A DNA stretch of 64,000 nucleotides from Candidatus Levyibacteriota bacterium (GTDB taxonomy: Bacteria > Patescibacteriota > Microgenomatia > Levybacterales > UBA12049): assembly GCA_963722305.1 (NCBI GenBank), contig CAVRKE010000001.1, forward strand, positions 12,312-76,311, written 5' to 3'. The position numbers and the translations under genes are program-made. Position 1 is the stretch's first letter. Every line of letters begins with the position of its first letter. The notes below the pieces were generated by a model. It was given only the letters and a program-made list of their open reading frames with translations, had not been told where the DNA came from and ran no database searches. Positions 60,501-64,000 of this stretch are shown piece after piece.

Positions 60501-60666
60501 GAGTGACGCCGTCTGGCTGGCGGTTAAAAGCGACAAGGCCTTGGTTTACATAGACAGTAATGTCAGTACTGCGCTTATTGACGTCGGTACTTCTAAAACA
60601 GACAAGATATTTATATTTAATTCTGACGGTAGCCTTACAGAGGTCACCAAAAGAATTATAAAGTAA
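57508..60666 (+). CDS. 1052-aa fusion membrane protein: N-terminal O-antigen-ligase/Wzy_C-like domain plus a C-terminal second polytopic domain
   Basis: Wzy_C-like signature 'DNNYLRMLGEIGLLGLSAFFAIFIS' at about aa 460, after about 10 TM helices. Another roughly 500 aa follow with about 10 more TM helices ('FVADDFTWLRWAAQAP..FFYRPGTKLYFY') and a C-terminal soluble tail. Confidence 0.55.
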   Translation: MKKIFSWIKSNILFVETLILLAFIPLYPKLPLINVRNTWVYVRAEDFLIVIVLISWAILLLRKKISLRTPLTIPILIFWLIGAVSTIHGVFLIFPTIANVFPNVAFLTLLRHIEYLSLFFIAFQGMKDKSYLRSVIAVLVLTLLGVIFYGFGQRYLGFPAFLTGNEQFAKGIPLQLSQLSRIPSTFAGDYDLAAYLVLIIPIIVSLIFGIRNYLIKGLLFATSILAFILLFMTVSRVSFFAVFVALLIILFFQKRKVLFVIVPLVVIALVLVLSFKPALLNRFNSTVKDVNVLVDAKTGASIGSVEYVPNSLFKNGIVLQTRVSDVNELAGAMSGQLGAPTASLPAVLSFDYIPPEVPLVHAINVSNGESLPQGTAYINLPLSPVVKRVENFFYEFSPNIKASSSARFIDIHGNFIIKKAAAYDLSFTTRFQGEWPRTIAAFEKDVIFGSGYGSVSLAVDNNYLRMLGEIGLLGLSAFFAIFISFGIYLKKGWPDIHSSLEKSFVLGFVAGLIGLGLNAILIDVFEASKVAYTLWLLTGVTLGIVALNMKSRVDLLSELKKLVTSVYAVIIALFGLATVMYISMLNNFFVADDFTWLRWAAQAPANLLTYFTQADGFFYRPGTKLYFYLMYQFFWLNPVAYHLVSFVLHFAMSVLFFVLAKKIFKSKLLATLCAILFLVMSGFTENIFWIAATGHMINAVLGLLGLLLFIQWEEKKNKYYYLLSLGSFALALFFHELGVIFPLLILAYKAKDGWKSVKNMLLRKDWLFLFVPVIGYLILRFLANSHWQGGDYSYNLFKLPFNFIGNALGYAALVLVGPSSLNFYAKLRTLTSGHLAILLGGVIVLLALLALLYLAFKKFLGKEEKSIVVFGLSFFVVALLPFLGLGNITSRYCYLASLGLIVIVIMLLKKVYYYLRFDSGKEISLAVVVLLFMVYSFFQVISVQQSASNWAGAASETNNFFISFDASYTDSWTTQATKFHFINVPTKVGDAWVFPVGLSDAVWLAVKSDKALVYIDSNVSTALIDVGTSKTDKIFIFNSDGSLTEVTKRIIK

Positions 60667-60669
60667 AAA

Positions 60670-62145
60670 ATGAATGCGGGAATTTTAAAAAAAATAGAAA
60701 TTGTTTTGTTGGCGGTTATTTTATTGGTAGGTTTTGCCGTCAGGCTTTACAGATTTAACGGTCCGGTGGCGGATTGGCATTCCTGGCGTCAGGCGGATAC
60801 TTCGGCAGTTTCCCGGAACTTTGTGCAAAACGGCTTTGACCTTTTGCATCCGAAATTTGAAGATTTATCAAACGTTCCTTCGGGCTTGGATAATCCAAAC
60901 GGTTACCGCTTTGTGGAATTTCCGATTTATAATCTTTTGCAGGCCGGATTTTTCAAAATTATCGGAGTGCTGACACTGGAAGAATGGGGAAGGCTGGTGA
61001 CAATCTTCGCTTCACTTTTTTCTTCTTTGTTTTTGTTCGCATTGGTTAAAAAAAGATTTGGCCGCGTGCCGGCATTTTTGACAACTTTCTTCTTTTTAAT
61101 TATTCCTTTTAACATTTACTATTCAAGAACGATTTTACCCGACCCTTCAATGGTGACTGCTATTTTGGGAGGAACGTTTTTTTTTGATAAATGGCTCGAT
61201 AATAATTCAAAATTCAAAATTCAAAATTCAAAATTAAAGAGTGCTGTTTATTTTCTTTTGTCACTTTTTCTTACGGCAGCGGCTCTGCTTTTAAAGCCTT
61301 ACGCTTTGTTTTTTACCCTGCCAATGATTTATCTGGCGTTTGAGAAATTCGGATTCGGATTGCTTAAAAAATGGCAGTTGTGGCTATTTTTAATCGTTTC
61401 AATTATACCCTTGGCTTTCTGGCGAGTGTGGATGACGCAGTATCCGGCCGGAATTCCCGCCAGCGCCTGGCTTTTTAACGAAGGAAATATCCGCTTTAAA
61501 GGGGCTTTCTTCTATTGGATTTTTGCCGACAGGATTGGCAGGCTAATTTCGGGATTTTGGGGAGTGGCCCTTATTATCCTTGGCTTTTTGGCAAAATCGA
61601 AAAAGAAAGACCTGCTGTTTCTGCTTTCTTTTGTTGTCTCATCTTTGCTGTATGTGACGGTTATCGCACGGGGCAATGTTCAGCACGATTATTACCAAAT
61701 ATTAATTATTCCAACCTTGGCAATTCTAATGGGCGTTGGAGCAGCCGGTCTTTTGGAAAGAGCCGAAACATACAAAATGTTTATAAATTATGCGATTGTG
61801 ATTGTTTGCACTTTATTTACAATTTTCTTCGGCTGGTATTTCGTCAGGGATTACTTTAATATCAACAATCCGTCAATAATTGTGGCAGGAGAGGCAGTGG
61901 ATAAATTGACTGCCAAAAATGCCAAGGTCATTGCCAATTATAACGGGGATACCTCGTTTCTTTATCAGACTAAAAGAAGCGGTTGGGCAAGCTTTGAAAA
62001 ACCGTTGCCGGAAATGATAAACATGGGCGCAGATTATCTGGTGTTGGCAAATCCGACCACGGTTGATTTAGGTTTGGGGAAGACCTACAAAATAATCGCC
62101 CAAACTTCACAATACGTAATTTTTGATTTAAGACAAAAACCATGA
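60670..62145 (+). CDS. ArnT-like (GT83/GT39-type) GT-C glycosyltransferase
   Basis: 'RLYRFNGPVADWHSWRQADTSAVSRNFVQNGFDLLHPKFEDL..NPNGYRFVEFPIYNLLQA'. It is polytopic. A (TTCAAAA)x4 repeat and a T9 run lie inside the coding sequence. Confidence 0.7.
   Translation: MNAGILKKIEIVLLAVILLVGFAVRLYRFNGPVADWHSWRQADTSAVSRNFVQNGFDLLHPKFEDLSNVPSGLDNPNGYRFVEFPIYNLLQAGFFKIIGVLTLEEWGRLVTIFASLFSSLFLFALVKKRFGRVPAFLTTFFFLIIPFNIYYSRTILPDPSMVTAILGGTFFFDKWLDNNSKFKIQNSKLKSAVYFLLSLFLTAAALLLKPYALFFTLPMIYLAFEKFGFGLLKKWQLWLFLIVSIIPLAFWRVWMTQYPAGIPASAWLFNEGNIRFKGAFFYWIFADRIGRLISGFWGVALIILGFLAKSKKKDLLFLLSFVVSSLLYVTVIARGNVQHDYYQILIIPTLAILMGVGAAGLLERAETYKMFINYAIVIVCTLFTIFFGWYFVRDYFNINNPSIIVAGEAVDKLTAKNAKVIANYNGDTSFLYQTKRSGWASFEKPLPEMINMGADYLVLANPTTVDLGLGKTYKIIAQTSQYVIFDLRQKP
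61206..61233 (+). repeat. Perfect heptanucleotide tandem repeat (TTCAAAA)x4 inside the ArnT-like CDS, flanked by degenerate copies
   Basis: Read directly: aataa ttcaaaa ttcaaaa ttcaaaa ttcaaaa ttaaaga. It encodes '..NSKFKIQNSKLK..'. A T9 run lies 20 nt upstream. Confidence 0.8.
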
Positions 62146-63332
62146 AAATTTTAATGGTTTCCTCATATCTTCCTTATCCCCTTTATTCGGGCGGTCACGT
62201 TCGTTTGTATAATCTAATTAAGCATCTTTCGGAAAAGCACGACATCACTTTAGTTTGTGAAAAAAGGGATAATCAAACGGCTGAAGACGTCAAGGAGGTA
62301 GAAAACATTTGCCGGAAAGTAATTACCGTGCAAAGACAGAAACAGTGGAGCATCAAAAATATCCTCAGAACCGGTTTTTCGCTGCAGCCGTTTTTAGTCG
62401 TTGGCCATACCAGCGAAGCAATGCGGTTGGCGATCAAAGATGAGCTGGTAAGGGAAAATTACGAATTAATCCACGTTGAGACTTTTTACGTAATGCAAAA
62501 TTTACCGCGGGTTTCAATTCCGGTGGTTCTGGTCGAGCATAATGTTGAGTATCTCGTTTATGACAGGTTTGCCAAACTGGCAAAGCCTCTCTTAAAGCCG
62601 TTTCTCTATATCGATGTTGCCAAGCTTAAGCAGGCGGAAATTAGTACTTGGCAAAAAGCGGATAAACTGATTGCCGTCTCGAATGCGGAAAAAAGAGTGA
62701 TGAAAAGAGCAGACGTTGAGGTTGTTCCCAATGGTGTTGACACCAAGGCTTTTCAGTTCAGAAGCTCGGAAGTAATTCCCAATGAAAAAAGAATTCTGTT
62801 TATTGGCGATTTCAAATGGCTACAAAATATTGATGCGGCCGAGACTATTCTTAAAAATATCTGGCCAAGCCTTTGCCTAAAGCTGTCGGAAACAAAAGAA
62901 AAAACAGCGGTCAAGCTATGGTTGGTGGGCAGAAATATGCCGTCTAAAATCAAAAATTTGGCCACAGGGAAAAATATCATTGTGGATGAAAATAACAAAG
63001 ACGAAACCCCGGAGCTTTTCCGCAAAGCTTACGTGCTCTTAGCTCCAATTAGGGCCGGAGGCGGAACCAGCTATAAAATTATCGAGGCAATGGCAGCGGG
63101 AGTGGGTGTGGTGACGACTAATTTAGGTATCGAAGGATTGGAAGCAAAAAATAATATCCACGTTCTGGCTTCGCAGTACGAGGATGAAATGAGCGAACTG
63201 GTGCTTAATTTAATTCAAGACCATAGTCTTTACCGAAAGCTGACCTTAAATGCCAGGAAGTTGGTAGAAGAAAAGTACGACTGGAAAATAATTGCCGATA
63301 AATTAAACGAAGTTTATTTATCTTCCTTATGA
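62142..63332 (+). CDS. GT4 glycosyltransferase
   Basis: 'YKIIEAMAAGVGVVTTNLGIEGLEA'. N-terminal 'MKILMVSSYLPYPLYSGGHVRLYNL'. Confidence 0.8.
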   Translation: MKILMVSSYLPYPLYSGGHVRLYNLIKHLSEKHDITLVCEKRDNQTAEDVKEVENICRKVITVQRQKQWSIKNILRTGFSLQPFLVVGHTSEAMRLAIKDELVRENYELIHVETFYVMQNLPRVSIPVVLVEHNVEYLVYDRFAKLAKPLLKPFLYIDVAKLKQAEISTWQKADKLIAVSNAEKRVMKRADVEVVPNGVDTKAFQFRSSEVIPNEKRILFIGDFKWLQNIDAAETILKNIWPSLCLKLSETKEKTAVKLWLVGRNMPSKIKNLATGKNIIVDENNKDETPELFRKAYVLLAPIRAGGGTSYKIIEAMAAGVGVVTTNLGIEGLEAKNNIHVLASQYEDEMSELVLNLIQDHSLYRKLTLNARKLVEEKYDWKIIADKLNEVYLSSL

Positions 63333-64000
63333 TTGAGCTTTCAATAGTAATTGTTTCATATAACACTAAAGACGTTCTAAAAGAATGTCTTGAGTCAATT
63401 TACAAAACTGCCGGAAATTTAAGTTTTGAAATTATAGTGGTCGATAATGCTTCAAAGGATGAATCAGTATCAAGTATTAAGAATTATGTATCAAGCGCAA
63501 AAACGGAAAACCTAAAACTTATTGAAAATAATGAAAATCTCGGTTTTTCCAAAGCCAATAATATTGGTATTAAAAAGTGTAGCGGCAGGTACATTTTGTT
63601 TTTAAATCCCGACGTGGTGGTTCACTCCGGCACACTTTCGGGTATGGTTAAATTTATGGACGCTGACGCGCATCAAGATGTTGGCGCCGCGACTTGCAGG
63701 GTAAATTTGCCAAACGGAAAAATAGACGATGCTTCCCACCGCGGTTTTCCGACTCCCTGGAATGCCTTAACGCATTTTTCAGGATTGGCAAAACTGTTCG
63801 GGAAAACAAAACATTTCGGCGGATATAATTTAAAACATTTAGACCTCTCGACGATGCATGAAATAGAGGCTTTGGCCGGCGCGTTCATGATTGTCAGAAG
63901 AGAAGCGGGGGAAGTGGTTAAATGGTGGGATGAGGATTATTTTTTCTATGGTGAGGATATTGACTTTTGTTATATGTTAAAACAGGCAAATTGGAAAGTA
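63329..64000 (+). CDS. GT2 glycosyltransferase (RfbF-like); 3' end lies outside the window
   Basis: The frame is open from ATG 63329 (ATGA overlap) to the window end. It is not in the ORF track because no stop is reached. It reads 'LSIVIVSYNTKDVLKECLESI', 'IIVVDNASKDES', 'LNPDVVV' and 'YGEDIDFCY'. Confidence 0.75.
   Translation, partial: MIELSIVIVSYNTKDVLKECLESIYKTAGNLSFEIIVVDNASKDESVSSIKNYVSSAKTENLKLIENNENLGFSKANNIGIKKCSGRYILFLNPDVVVHSGTLSGMVKFMDADAHQDVGAATCRVNLPNGKIDDASHRGFPTPWNALTHFSGLAKLFGKTKHFGGYNLKHLDLSTMHEIEALAGAFMIVRREAGEVVKWWDEDYFFYGEDIDFCYMLKQANWKV

Noticed and set aside
1-64000. Searched for CRISPR arrays, rRNA/tRNA genes, transposases, integrases, phage genes and toxin-antitoxin or defence-system signatures
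   Set aside because: None was seen. There are no regularly spaced direct repeats of 25-40 nt and no long non-coding stretches. No DDE, tyrosine or serine recombinase motifs were found. The only non-coding repeats are the short palindromic intergenic elements reported above.

Overview
The window is AT-rich and gene-dense, almost entirely + strand. Many adjacent genes overlap by 4 nt (stop/start ATGA), which suggests long translationally coupled operons. It is essentially one very large surface-glycosylation island. About 20 genes encode large polytopic membrane proteins that look like GT-C-fold glycosyltransferases or ligases, in several paralog families (named by the author for this analysis). 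One family resembles Pmt/ArnT (GT39/83) and has at least 7 members: 1-780, 773-2419, 19829-21442, 21439-23058, 23055-24686, 29266-30453 and 60670-62145. A YfhO-like gene lies at 13195-15486, with distant relatives in a 'family D' pair at 2416-4062 and 4059-5804. 'Family B' carries a DxxRD motif: 24687-25976, 25966-27432, 46472-48017 and 51562-53124. 'Family C' is a pair at 16425-18395 and 48017-49951. A minus-strand membrane protein at 49962-51533 carries similar GT-C-like motifs but is unassigned to a family. A 1052-aa protein at 57508-60666 has a Wzy_C/O-antigen-ligase-like motif fused to a second membrane domain. These sit among about 12 GT2 genes, including three DPM1/GtrB-like polyprenyl-phosphate-sugar synthases. 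There are also about 8 GT4 genes, two Wzx-like flippases, GalE, a cupin (RmlC/FdtA-like) protein and a hexapeptide-repeat acetyltransferase. Four class-I SAM methyltransferases and an alkaline-phosphatase-superfamily phosphodiesterase are also present. No rRNA, tRNA, CRISPR, transposase or integrase was recognised. The gene content fits the known three-component scheme of polyprenyl-P-sugar synthase, flippase and GT-C transferase for extracytoplasmic glycosylation, such as CsbB/YfhO and Ppm1/Pmt. That scheme is here expanded into an unusually paralog-rich toolkit, of the kind seen in CPR/Patescibacteria-like genomes, but that taxonomic placement is inference only. A localised 'decay zone' at about 38.6-48.0 kb contains at least five genes broken by frameshifts: a GT4, a methyltransferase, two convergent large membrane-protein genes and a family-B gene. 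A separate frameshifted GT4 lies at 34115-35213. Other features are a (TTCAAAA)x4 heptanucleotide repeat inside an ArnT-like gene, which is a phase-variation candidate, a family of palindromic intergenic repeats centred on AAAGTACTTT, and several sigma70-like promoters very close to start codons (leaderless-like). All calls come from reading the supplied translations and sequence; no database search was run.
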